Source: Escherichia coli
Lineage (GTDB): Bacteria > Pseudomonadota > Gammaproteobacteria > Enterobacterales > Enterobacteriaceae
NCBI RefSeq assembly: GCF_002854065.1
Contig: NZ_CP024147.1
Length of the DNA stretch: 64,000 nt
Direction: 5' to 3' (one strand)
Part shown: positions 20,401-33,109 of the stretch, one piece after another
Layout of the letters: the number at the start of each line of letters is the position of its first letter
Position numbering within the stretch: position 1 is the stretch's first letter
Notes under the pieces: model-generated
Told to the model about the DNA's origin: nothing
The model's database searches: none
The model's input: the letters and a program-made list of their open reading frames with translations, nothing else
Program-made: the position numbers and the translations under genes

Positions 20401-23273
20401 AGAAAAATGAAAATTACAACGATTCTCTCGGTGTGAATAAACTCGTCGGCATGGCGGTTTATCACGAAGGCACCGCCATTAATGACCAGACAGGCGTAAT
20501 CAACATTAACGCGGAAAATGGTCAGGCATTCTATAACGATGGCACTGGGCTTATTATCAACTATGGCACAATTTGTACCTTTGGCGTTTGCCAGGGGGCC
20601 GATGAATATAATCCAACGGATAATTATATTGCCGATTTATATGATCATGGCGATGTATTAAGTTCTGCGGGTGAGACCGTATTATTATCGTCAGGTGCGA
20701 TTATCAACGGGGATGTCACCAGTGCGGGTGCTGTTAAAAATGGAACGATCAGGATACTCGAAAATGGTGCGCTGGTTAACGAGTCGAGCGGAACCATTAG
20801 CTCAGCCATCGTCGTGAATGAAGGCGGTGCGTTAACCAATGAAGGTGTATTGAACACGGTGACTCTGGAAGGAGGAACCTTCAATAACAACGGAACGCTT
20901 AATGACGTCGTAAAAATTGAGAAAAACAGCAACGCGGTAATTAATAACACCGGTTCCCTGTCAACTTTACAACTTCACGATGGTACGGTGAATAACAGCG
21001 GTATTGCGTCGGCGCGCGTTAACGCTCAGGGCGATGCGGTATTCAATAACCTTGCAGGCGGCGAGGCGCGTAAAGGCGCGATTCTCTATAACTCTGCGGT
21101 AGTGAATAACGCGGGTACCTGGAAAATGGGTTATCAGGATGAAAACAACAATGCCGGGACGCTGGATATTGACGATAAGTCAACGTTCAACAACAGCGGC
21201 AAACTCATCCTTGATAACAGCAAAAACGCCATTCGCTTCCAGGGCAGCAATGCTAACGCCACGTTATATAACACCGGTGAAATGACGCTGGATGCCGCAT
21301 TAGGTGCGGGCGCTATTCACTACGACGATGGCGCCAGCCAGTTTATTAACAAGGGCGTGGTGGATGCGAAAGTCACCGTGGCGGTAAGTACTGCCGGTGC
21401 GACAGAAAGCGATGCCTTCTTGTGGAACCAGGATGGCGGGGTAATTAACTTCGATAAAGACAACGCCAGCGCGGTTAAATTCACCCACAACAACTATGTT
21501 GCTCTCAACGATGGTGTAATGAACATCAGCGGCAACAACGCCGTGGCGATGGAAGGCGATAAAAACGCACAGCTGGTTAACAACGGTGTTATCAATCTCG
21601 GTACCGAAGGCACCACCGATACCGGATTGACTGGTATGCAACTGGATGCCAATGCCACCGCCGATGCGGTAATTGAGAACAACGGCACGATCAATATTTT
21701 TGCTAACGACTCGTTTGCGTTCAGCGTACTGGGCACAGAAGGTCATATCGTTAACAACGGTACGGTGGTGATTGCCGACGGCGTGACTGGTTCGGGGTTG
21801 ATTAAGCAGGGCGACAGCGTGAATGTGGAAGGGGTGAACGGCAACAGCGGTAACAATACCGAAGTGCATTACACCGACTACACGTTGCCGGACATGCCAA
21901 GCTCTTACACCACTTCACCTTTCAGTGAAACGACTGATAGCGGTAGTAGCGATGGCAGCAGTAACAATCTTAACGGCTATATCGTCGGTACCAACGTTGA
22001 TGGCAGCGCCGGTAAACTGAAGGTCAACAACGCCAGCATGAATGGTGTCGGGATCAACACCGGTTTCGCCGCCGGTACGGCAGACACCACGGTCAGTTTC
22101 GACAACGTGGTGGAAGGCATCAACCTGACCGACGCCGATGCCATCACCTCAACGTCCGTGGTATGGACCGCCAAAGGCAGCACCGATGCCAGCGGCAACG
22201 TTGACGTCATCATGAGCAAAAACGCCTACACCGATGTGGCGACCGATGCTTCGGTGAACGATGTGGCGAAGGTACTGGATGCGGGTTACACCAATAACGA
22301 GCTGTATACCAGCCTGAACGTGGGCACCACTGCTGAACTGAATAGCGCCCTGAAGCAGGTGAGCGGTAGCCAGGCGACCACGGTATTCCGTGAAGCGCGT
22401 GTGTTAAGCAACCGCTTCAGCATGCTGGCGGATGCCGCGCCGAAGGTGGGTAACGGTCTGGCGTTCAACGTTGTTGCGAAAGGCGATCCACGTGCCGAGT
22501 TAGGTAATAATACCGAATACGACATGCTGGCATTGCGTAAAACCATCGACCTGAGCGAAAGCCAGACGATGAGTCTGGAGTACGGTATCGCTCGTCTCGA
22601 TGGTGATGGTGCGCAGAAAGCGGGTGGTAATGGCGTCACAGGTGGTTATAGCCAGTTCTTTGGCCTGAAACATCAGATGTCCTTCGACAACGGCATGAAC
22701 TGGAATAACGCATTGCGTTATGACGTTCACAACCTTGACAGTAGCCGTTCGATTGCATTTAGCAACACAAACAAAACGGCTGATACCGACGTGAAGCAGC
22801 AGTACCTGGAGTTCCGCAGCGAAGGGGCGAAGACTTTCGAACCGAGCGAAGGACTGAAGGTTACGCCATATGCGGGTGTAAAACTGCGTCACTCGCTGGA
22901 AGGCGGCTATCAGGAGCGCAATGCCGGAGACTTTAACCTGAGCATGAACAGCGGCAGCGAAACGGCGGTGGACAGCATCGTCGGGCTGAAACTGGACTAC
23001 GCAGGGAAAGGCGGCTGGAGCGCGAATGCGACGCTGGAAGGCGGGCCGAACCTGAGCTACAGCAAGAGCCAGCGCACGGCAAGCCTTGCAGGGGCAGGCA
23101 GCCAGCACTTTAACGTCGATGACGGTCAGAAGGGCGGCGGTATCAACAGCCTGGCGAGCGTCGGCGTGAAGTACAGTAGCAAAGAAAGTTCGCTGAATCT
23201 GGATGCGTATCACTGGAAAGAGGACGGCATCAGCGACAAAGGCGTGATGCTGAACTTTAAGAAAACGTTCTAA
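17409..23273 (+). CDS. ydbA: Autotransporter (type Va) adhesin-like protein YdbA, apparently intact
   Basis: About 1954 aa: signal peptide MQRKKLLSVCVAMALSSQTWA, PPDDGGDTPV tandem repeats, long Gly/Asn/Thr-rich beta-helix passenger, C-terminal beta-barrel ending ...MLNFKKTF. Confidence 0.85.
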   Translation: MQRKKLLSVCVAMALSSQTWAADTSIPDSTEKTRKSSKITCPANIHSLSKEQLENLSAECRENKDSAVLPWAAAGLAAVATGIAIYTLSDDDNHHHNNSPVPDDGGDTPVPPDDGGDTPVPPDDGGDTPVPPDDGGDTPVPPDDGGDTPVPPDDGDDTPVPPDDGGDTPVPPDDGGDTPVPPDDGGDTPVPPDDGGDTPVPDDGGDTPVPPDDGGDTPVKHDPVVYKNDVTWDQDAKTVKIRETTFTYSQNADGSYTLTAPDGLTTIVKGWTVHDDSNTVIFDGVNTAGGITWSYDDDGLIHITKEAGVVVDGTTGTAIDFGNAIITDQGGNTALNGGTVMTVEGDNITLNNDGKTTAIGEGSVVGILTGDDITINNNGETEVDGGTAVIINGDNATLNTAGDSTITNGGTGSLINGDNARVDNQGTMSVDGENSTGSKIVGDGATIKQEGDLYVSGGAHGIDVDGNDTFVSNKGNITVIEDNSIGMLLDGDGVSVINMGDLNVGQAAAGENAIGIQIDGDNATFVNVGDISATNAGTGVSVAGDKANISLAGGLDVGDFSTGLDVSGNNNNMTLATYELNVTGQKATGVNVSGDGNTIEIAGSILVDKDQKADNAQPYFFNPSTGVNISGNNNDVTLDGQLTVVADSETTTRSYASYDGAQEHIAGIVIAGDDNTFTLNGGVHFVGEKNVMDDGSKPAASRRGIGDTPLMSVDGHSSVYLNGESTISGEFPLGFENLIQLSNGAELEIGADATFDMSDVDSFTYYYRVALSTISIDYGAKATNNGEVELKNIGFAAAWNKDSTVINNGSIGLAMYDFGTDPAPKVFDVEYGGIGVNNGTMTTKMMNQHSVLNYPAEWNLSDGTSFNNKALGLTGMLASYSSSILNGETGIIDMYGRGSVGMLAIDKSTADNEGQITLDTLWVDENDETSLRNNVANSTAKDFGVGMASGTDAYNGALTKATATNHENGVITVYNAGAGMAAYGNTNTVINQGTINLEKNENYNDSLGVNKLVGMAVYHEGTAINDQTGVININAENGQAFYNDGTGLIINYGTICTFGVCQGADEYNPTDNYIADLYDHGDVLSSAGETVLLSSGAIINGDVTSAGAVKNGTIRILENGALVNESSGTISSAIVVNEGGALTNEGVLNTVTLEGGTFNNNGTLNDVVKIEKNSNAVINNTGSLSTLQLHDGTVNNSGIASARVNAQGDAVFNNLAGGEARKGAILYNSAVVNNAGTWKMGYQDENNNAGTLDIDDKSTFNNSGKLILDNSKNAIRFQGSNANATLYNTGEMTLDAALGAGAIHYDDGASQFINKGVVDAKVTVAVSTAGATESDAFLWNQDGGVINFDKDNASAVKFTHNNYVALNDGVMNISGNNAVAMEGDKNAQLVNNGVINLGTEGTTDTGLTGMQLDANATADAVIENNGTINIFANDSFAFSVLGTEGHIVNNGTVVIADGVTGSGLIKQGDSVNVEGVNGNSGNNTEVHYTDYTLPDMPSSYTTSPFSETTDSGSSDGSSNNLNGYIVGTNVDGSAGKLKVNNASMNGVGINTGFAAGTADTTVSFDNVVEGINLTDADAITSTSVVWTAKGSTDASGNVDVIMSKNAYTDVATDASVNDVAKVLDAGYTNNELYTSLNVGTTAELNSALKQVSGSQATTVFREARVLSNRFSMLADAAPKVGNGLAFNVVAKGDPRAELGNNTEYDMLALRKTIDLSESQTMSLEYGIARLDGDGAQKAGGNGVTGGYSQFFGLKHQMSFDNGMNWNNALRYDVHNLDSSRSIAFSNTNKTADTDVKQQYLEFRSEGAKTFEPSEGLKVTPYAGVKLRHSLEGGYQERNAGDFNLSMNSGSETAVDSIVGLKLDYAGKGGWSANATLEGGPNLSYSKSQRTASLAGAGSQHFNVDDGQKGGGINSLASVGVKYSSKESSLNLDAYHWKEDGISDKGVMLNFKKTF
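17706..18064 (+). repeat. About 12 tandem copies of a 30-bp repeat (one 27-bp unit) encoding PPDDGGDTPV within ydbA
   Basis: Near-identical head-to-tail units GATGACGGCGGTGATACGCCAGTTCCGCCA with occasional wobble changes; one unit encodes GDDTPV. The mirror-image ORFs in the track here are repeat artefacts. Confidence 0.9.
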
Positions 23274-23294
23274 TTTTTAGCATGTGATACACAA

Positions 23295-23326
23295 ACCGCA
23301 ACGCTGATACAGGTTGCGGTTTTTTA
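23295..23326 (+). terminator. Rho-independent terminator downstream of ydbA
   Basis: ACCGCAAC...GTTGCGGT hairpin followed by TTTTT; a partial REP-like GCCGGATGCGACGC follows. Confidence 0.8.
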
Positions 23327-23492
23327 TTGCCGGATGCGACGCTTGACTTATCTTTTGCTGTCTAATGTTTTGGTGTCTTTCAGGACAATAGTGCTACTCA
23401 TCCAGAAATCTTGTTTACGCCTTCGCATTATTTATCTCTTTTCGTTTCTATACTGATTTTTCTTAATCCGTTTTATTACAGGGCAGGGTGCG

Positions 23493-24353
23493 ATGAGCAG
23501 CAATACATTTACTCTCGGTACAAAATCCGTTAACCGTCTTGGTTATGGCGCGATGCAACTGGCAGGTCCTGGGGTTTTTGGCCCCCCAAGAGATCGCCAC
23601 GTCGCTATAACTGTGCTGCGCGAGGCGCTGGCATTGGGCGTCAATCACATTGATACCAGCGACTTTTATGGTCCGCACGTCACCAATCAGATTATCCGCG
23701 AAGCGCTTTATCCTTACTCTGACGACCTGACAATTGTCACTAAAATTGGTGCGCGGCGTGGAGAGGACGCTTCCTGGTTGCCCGCCTTTTCTCCGGCAGA
23801 GCTGCAAAAAGCGGTACACGATAATCTACGTAATCTCGGCCTGGACGTACTGGATGTGGTTAACCTGCGCGTGATGATGGGGGATGGTCATGGCCCGGCG
23901 GAAGGATCGATTGAAGCCAGCCTGACCGTGCTGGCAGAGATGCAACAACAAGGCCTGGTAAAACATATTGGCCTAAGCAACGTCACACCGACGCAGGTTG
24001 CAGAGGCGCGCAAGATTGCCGAAATCGTCTGTGTGCAGAACGAATACAACATTGCTCATCGTGCTGATGACGCAATGATTGAAGCTTTGGCTCGTGACGG
24101 CATTGCCTACGTGCCGTTCTTTCCGCTCGGGGGCTTTACGCCGCTGCAATCTTCCACGCTTTCCGATGTTGCTGCGAGCTTGGGTGCAACACCAATGCAG
24201 GTGGCGCTGGCGTGGCTGTTACAACGTTCACCGAATATTTTGCTGATCCCAGGGACGTCTTCTGTTGCGCATTTACGGGAGAATATGGCTGCTGAAAAAT
24301 TGCATCTTTCTGAGGAAGTGTTGTCTACGTTGGATGGTATTTCGCGAGAATAA
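23493..24353 (+). CDS. pdxI: Aldo-keto reductase, pyridoxine 4-dehydrogenase PdxI (YdbC)
   Basis: 286-aa ORF with AKR-family motifs (IDTSDFYG, GLSNV). Confidence 0.88.
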   Translation: MSSNTFTLGTKSVNRLGYGAMQLAGPGVFGPPRDRHVAITVLREALALGVNHIDTSDFYGPHVTNQIIREALYPYSDDLTIVTKIGARRGEDASWLPAFSPAELQKAVHDNLRNLGLDVLDVVNLRVMMGDGHGPAEGSIEASLTVLAEMQQQGLVKHIGLSNVTPTQVAEARKIAEIVCVQNEYNIAHRADDAMIEALARDGIAYVPFFPLGGFTPLQSSTLSDVAASLGATPMQVALAWLLQRSPNILLIPGTSSVAHLRENMAAEKLHLSEEVLSTLDGISRE

Positions 24354-24362
24354 CGAATATAC

Positions 24363-24399
24363 AAAAGGGAAAGATGCATTTCCCTTTTGTTTCTTTTTT
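24363..24399 (+). terminator. Rho-independent terminator downstream of pdxI
   Basis: AAAAGGGAAA...TTCCCTTTT hairpin followed by a T-rich run. Confidence 0.75.
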
Positions 24400-24416
24400 A
24401 ATGGCATGGAGTGCAT

Positions 24417-25715
24417 ATGTTTAAGCCCAGGATTTGCAGCTGGATAGGTTTACTTCCCCTGTTTATGCTGAGTCTTCCAGTACAGGCGGAACTTCGATGC
24501 GTTGCAAATGCAGTTGATATTGAACCTTTTTTTTCTGCGGCTACCGCTGAAGATAAACAACAAGTTGAACAAGCTATCAACAGTAGCGTGAATCTTGTCC
24601 CCTTCGGTTTATCTGCATCGGACTGGAAAGTGCATCGTGGCGATTTAGTGGTAGAAGGTAATATAGAGAGTAATCAAAAATTGATTGTTCTTGGCAATTT
24701 GACAGTCAAAGGTAATATTTCCACTTTCTCTCTTTCTAATCCATGGGTTATTCTCGGTAACGTGACGGCAACGAATATAGTTACGGATTCACCACTGTTA
24801 ATTACCGGTTCGATAAATGCAAGTGGACTGGTATTTATCGACTCATATTACGATAATCCGTCTACGATTAAGGGGAGTATTAATGCGCGCGGGATATTTA
24901 TCAATGACATAATTGCACCTGTTGTTGCGTCTTCGACAAATAGTGAATTCATGGTCCGTGCGAGTGACAAAAATGACACTGAAAATGTCAAAAAAGCGCT
25001 GATGATAATAAATCCTGATGCATATTATTGGGGTCTAATAAATGATGAAGATGCTCTGAAAGAAATTTTTAAGCGAAGCAATATTCGCATGGCAGGGAAT
25101 GTCTGTAATCAGATGAAAAAAGAAGCGCTGTTTCGCCCTAAGCCTTCTCCTGAGTTAGTGCAGGAATTGCAAATGCTGGATGAAGGCAACGTTGCTGCAT
25201 TTGAAGGACGAGATATTGCGACATTTGATCTTGCCATAATGCGAACTCTCCCAAGGCTTAAAGGAATTTCAGCTAACCTACGCAAACAACTTATTAATAG
25301 CAATGATGGACAAACGATTGCAAGTATGGCGAGATATATGCCTGACAATGAGATTCTGGAGTTGACCGATCAGCAATTGGGTTACCAGCCTGTTGTTCTG
25401 GGGTTGCTCGACCGTGAACCGCTCTCTGTCGAAATAATGACGCGAATGAGTCATCTACCTGATGGTGTCGGTCCGTTGAATCTTGCGCTACGTGAAAATC
25501 TCCCTCTGGATATCGTCATGACTCTGGCGAAAAGAGATTGGGATATGATCATTCAGGAGCTTTATAAAGATGCGTGGTTATTGCCCGAATCCATTATTGA
25601 TGGCTATATCCGCAGTGATGATTCCTCTATTCGTCAGGTCGGTGCTGGAGGACAACTCACCTACAATCAGGCAATGCAGTTGGCGAACGATTCATCAAAC
25701 GATGTTGTCACAAGC
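24417..25715 (+). pseudogene. ydbD: ydbD N-terminal fragment (disrupted by IS1)
   Basis: Signal-peptide ORF MFKPRICSWIGLLPLFMLSLPVQA... runs into IS1 at 25716 and stops 27 nt inside it; the two halves total about 770 codons, matching the K-12 YdbD length as I recall it. Confidence 0.8.
25707..25715. repeat. Left 9-bp target-site duplication GTCACAAGC of IS1 copy 2
   Basis: Identical 9-mer immediately flanks both ends of the IS1 (25707..25715 and 26484..26492). Confidence 0.9.
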
Positions 25716-25770
25716 GGTGATGCTGCCAACTTACTGATTTAGTGTATGATGGTGTTTTTGAGGTGCTCCA

Positions 25771-26046
25771 GTGGCTTCTGTTTCTATCAGCTGTCCCTCC
25801 TGTTCAGCTACTGACGGGGTGGTGCGTAACGGCAAAAGCACTGCCGGACATCAGCGCTATCTCTGCTCTCACTGCCGTAAAACATGGCAACTGCAGTTCA
25901 CTTACACCGCTTCTCAACCCGGTACGCACCAGAAAATCATTGATATGGCCATGAATGGCGTTGGATGCCGGGCAACCGCCCGCATTATGGGCGTTGGCCT
26001 CAACACGATTTTCCGCCATTTAAAAAACTCAGGCCGCAGTCGGTAA
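25771..26046 (+). CDS. insA: IS1 InsA
   Basis: 91-aa ORF identical to insA of copy 1. Confidence 0.93.
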   Translation: MASVSISCPSCSATDGVVRNGKSTAGHQRYLCSHCRKTWQLQFTYTASQPGTHQKIIDMAMNGVGCRATARIMGVGLNTIFRHLKNSGRSR

Positions 26047-26468
26047 CCTCGCGCATACAGCCGGGCAGTGACGTCATCGTCTGCGCGGAAATGGACGAAC
26101 AGTGGGGATACGTCGGGGCTAAATCGCGCCAGCGCTGGCTGTTTTACGCGTATGACAGTCTCCGGAAGACGGTTGTTGCGCACGTATTCGGTGAACGCAC
26201 TATGGCGACGCTGGGGCGTCTTATGAGCCTGCTGTCACCCTTTGACGTGGTGATATGGATGACGGATGGCTGGCCGCTGTATGAATCCCGCCTGAAGGGA
26301 AAGCTGCACGTAATCAGCAAGCGATATACGCAGCGAATTGAGCGGCATAACCTGAATCTGAGGCAGCACCTGGCACGGCTGGGACGGAAGTCGCTGTCGT
26401 TCTCAAAATCGGTGGAGCTGCATGACAAAGTCATCGGGCATTATCTGAACATAAAACACTATCAATAA
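25965..26468 (+). CDS. insB: IS1 InsB reading frame (InsAB' by -1 frameshift)
   Basis: 167-aa ORF; differs from copy 1 by one residue (S vs R). Confidence 0.9.
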   Translation: MPGNRPHYGRWPQHDFPPFKKLRPQSVTSRIQPGSDVIVCAEMDEQWGYVGAKSRQRWLFYAYDSLRKTVVAHVFGERTMATLGRLMSLLSPFDVVIWMTDGWPLYESRLKGKLHVISKRYTQRIERHNLNLRQHLARLGRKSLSFSKSVELHDKVIGHYLNIKHYQ

Positions 26469-26483
26469 GTTGGAGTCATTACC

Positions 26484-26492
26484 GTCACAAGC
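26484..26492. repeat. Right 9-bp target-site duplication GTCACAAGC of IS1 copy 2
   Basis: Direct repeat of 25707..25715. Confidence 0.9.
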
Positions 26493-27500
26493 TTAGCGTT
26501 AAAGCTGGCAGAGATGAAACACCATGGTCAATTGTTGCGGATGACGCCACAAGAGAGTGACAAAATAGCAGTATATTTATACCAAAAATTCGAGAATGAC
26601 GATGATCTAATAGGTGCGTTATTTTTAGCGTTGCCAGATAACTTACAGTTTAATTTTGTTAAAAGGATGGAGAAAAAATCCCCTGCCTACTTTTGCTGTC
26701 GGGATATGCAGATAATTCACTCTGACGCTGCTTTACAACGGTTATTGACACGTTTCAACGATCCTGAGGGGTGGAGTAATCTGGCGAAAAATCAGTATCT
26801 GAGCACGTCGATGAAACAAAAAATTTGGCAACGTGCTTTATCGCATCGGAAAAATAATCCCAAAGCAGATTCAGATGCATATGAAACCAGCGCTGATATG
26901 ATTTTGTCTGAGCTTATCAGCTACGGTGAAGTTGATGACCAGATGCTATTAAATGCCACCTCTCTGATACGTTCGGACGACTGGGACTTTTTAGAGAGAG
27001 CATTAATTAGTTGGGATAATTTACCCGCTGTTGTTCTCAAGGAATTACAGCAAAACACGCCACGCAATGATATTTGGGCGAAGTTTTTTCTGAGGCAGGA
27101 AAACAGTTCCCGTGCGCAGGTTAACGAAGCGTTACGTGTTTATTATGCACTAGACCCCGATGCGTTAGCACAACTGGATGTACTGGCAAAACAACCGGAT
27201 CGTATATGGTGGAGTACACTGGCGAAAAGCAATCTCACATTTTTCAAGTTCGGCGCACTTAACAACCGCCACACACCGCCTGCGGTACTGGCGGCAGAAA
27301 TTGATCCCGAGTGGTGGATTGTGGCGATGAATAATCCCCGTTTTCCAGTTGATGTATTAAAGGCGAGGCTGAAACGTGATCCTTTGCTGGCGTTAGAGCT
27401 TGTTAACCCTGAACTGGATTTAGTTCGCCAGCTGGCGCTTAACGGTAAGACGCGCGCAATACGGGAACAAGCGATGAGAAAACTTGATGAGTTGTATTGA
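26484..27500 (+). pseudogene. ydbD: ydbD C-terminal fragment (disrupted by IS1)
   Basis: Open frame continues from the duplicated target site to the stop at 27500 (ORF track shows it from an internal Met at 26514). Confidence 0.8.
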
Positions 27501-27669
27501 ATAACAGCGTAATAATTTTTAACCACTTGATTTATTGGGATAATCATTCCTGACAGTGAGTCCCCAATACCTTGATATATTCTGAATTTTTAATGAAGCG
27601 TCGTGTTGCGATATCTCCGTCAGGGGAATTGATGCACCATAGCGCAAACCGAATTATCAAGGATTGATA

Positions 27670-28275
27670 ATGACGCTCTACCAGATAAAACCGCTCTTTC
27701 AGTCGCTGTTAAGGCCGACGATGTTTTGGCTTTATAAGCACCATGTTACAGCGAATCACATCACTCTTGCTGCACTGGCGCTTTCTCTTATTACCGGATT
27801 GCTGTTGATGTTGGTCGCACAACCCATCCTCTTTTTGCTATTGCCCATCGTGCTTTTTATCCGTATGGCACTCAATGCGCTGGATGGCATGTTGGCGCGT
27901 GAGTGCAATCTGCAAACACGTCTGGGGGCGATTTTGAATGAAACTGGCGATGTTATTTCCGATATTGCGCTCTATTTACCGTTTTTATTTTTACCAGAAA
28001 GTAACGCATCACTCGTAATACTCATGTTATTTTTCACCATATTGACTGAGTTTTGCGGTTTACTCGCGCAGACGATTAACAGTATTCGCAGTTATGCCGG
28101 TCCATTCGGCAAAAGCGATCGTGCGTTAATATTTGGGTTGTGGGGGCTGGCCGTTGCCATTTATCCACAGTGGATGCAATGGAATAATCTTTTATGGGGC
28201 ATTGCTTCAATTCTGCTTATCTGGACTGCGATTAATCGTTGTCGGAGTGTGCTCCTGATGAGTGCTGAAAGATAA
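27670..28275 (+). CDS. ynbA: CDP-alcohol phosphatidyltransferase family inner-membrane protein YnbA
   Basis: About 201 aa, multi-TM, with a D-G-x2-A-R...G-x3-D-x3-D type motif (ALDGMLARE...GDVISD). Confidence 0.8.
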   Translation: MTLYQIKPLFQSLLRPTMFWLYKHHVTANHITLAALALSLITGLLLMLVAQPILFLLLPIVLFIRMALNALDGMLARECNLQTRLGAILNETGDVISDIALYLPFLFLPESNASLVILMLFFTILTEFCGLLAQTINSIRSYAGPFGKSDRALIFGLWGLAVAIYPQWMQWNNLLWGIASILLIWTAINRCRSVLLMSAER

Positions 28276-29171
28276 TGCTGGAAAAATCTCTGGCAACACT
28301 TTTCGCGTTGTTAATTTTAGCAACGCTGATAAACCGTTTTCGGGTATGGCGGTTACCGGAGAGAAAAGAGGATGAAGTTACATTACGTATTCGTACCTGG
28401 TGGGGTATCGTCATTTGTTTTTCACTGGTGATTTCAGGTCCACGCTGGATGACGTTGACGTTTTTTGCGCTGATAAGTTTTCTGGCATTGAAAGAATATT
28501 GTACGCTTATATCCGTACATTTTCCGCGTTGGTTATATTGGGTTATTCCTCTTAACTATTTGCTTATCGGTTTTAATTGCTTTGAGCTGTTTCTGTTATT
28601 TATACCTTTGGCTGGGGTTCTGATATTAACCACCTGGCGAGTTTTAGTAGGTGATACCTCCGGTTTTCTGCATACCGTGAGCGCCATTTTTTGGGGCTGG
28701 ATAATGACCGTTTTCGCCTTGAGTCATGCCGCCTGGTTATTAATGTTGCCAACCACAAATACCCAGGGCGGGGCGTTACTGGTGTTATTTCTTTTGGCGT
28801 TAACAGAGTCAAACGATATTGCACAGTATTTATGGGGGAAATCCTGCGGCAGAAGAAAAGTGGTCCCCAAAGTCAGCCCGGGAAAAACGCTGGAAGGTCT
28901 GGTGGGGGGCGTAATCACCACCATGATTGCGTCACTGATTATTGGGCCGTTGCTGACACCGCTAAATACATTACAGGCATTATTAGCGGGTTTGTTAATT
29001 GGTATTAGTGGTTTTTGCGGCGATGTAGTGATGTCAGCCATCAAACGAGATATTGGTGTTAAAGATAGCGGAAAACTATTACCAGGACATGGCGGACTCC
29101 TTGACAGGATTGACTCATTAATTTTCACCGCTCCGGTATTTTTTTATTTTATTCGCTACTGCTGTTACTGA
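28275..29171 (+). CDS. ynbB: CDP-diglyceride synthetase (CdsA)-like membrane protein YnbB
   Basis: 298-aa multi-TM ORF; C-terminal region resembles the CdsA cytidylyltransferase signature (...LPGHGGLLDRIDSL); overlaps the ynbA stop (TAATG). Confidence 0.8.
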   Translation: MLEKSLATLFALLILATLINRFRVWRLPERKEDEVTLRIRTWWGIVICFSLVISGPRWMTLTFFALISFLALKEYCTLISVHFPRWLYWVIPLNYLLIGFNCFELFLLFIPLAGVLILTTWRVLVGDTSGFLHTVSAIFWGWIMTVFALSHAAWLLMLPTTNTQGGALLVLFLLALTESNDIAQYLWGKSCGRRKVVPKVSPGKTLEGLVGGVITTMIASLIIGPLLTPLNTLQALLAGLLIGISGFCGDVVMSAIKRDIGVKDSGKLLPGHGGLLDRIDSLIFTAPVFFYFIRYCCY

Positions 29172-29186
29172 AGGAAAATAGAGAAA

Positions 29187-32250
<3,064 letters not shown>

Positions 32251-32303
32251 GTGGATTGAGATGTGGACTGAATATCTACAGTCCACATCAAGACTGTGTC
32301 CGG

Positions 32304-32918
<615 letters not shown>

Positions 32919-33109
32919 TTATAGATGTTTGAATGGGCGATGCCCCGTTGCTTGCTGACACTTTATTCACAATCCTGCCACAGAGATAGCGCAATAAATC
33001 GAAGCCTATGTTCGAATTTATTGAACAACGCATAGAAAGCCGCGATATGGTACTCTATATCTATCATTTAAAAGAAAATTAATCAGGCAGCCTACTGCCC
33101 TCTAACGTT

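Larger units (their letters stand above)
25716..26483 (+). mobile_element. IS1 insertion sequence (768 bp), copy 2, with 9-bp target-site duplication
   Basis: Canonical IS1 ends; same orientation as copy 1; differs from copy 1 by one base (T at 26159 vs G at 1191); A6C frameshift motif at 26022..26028. Confidence 0.95.
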
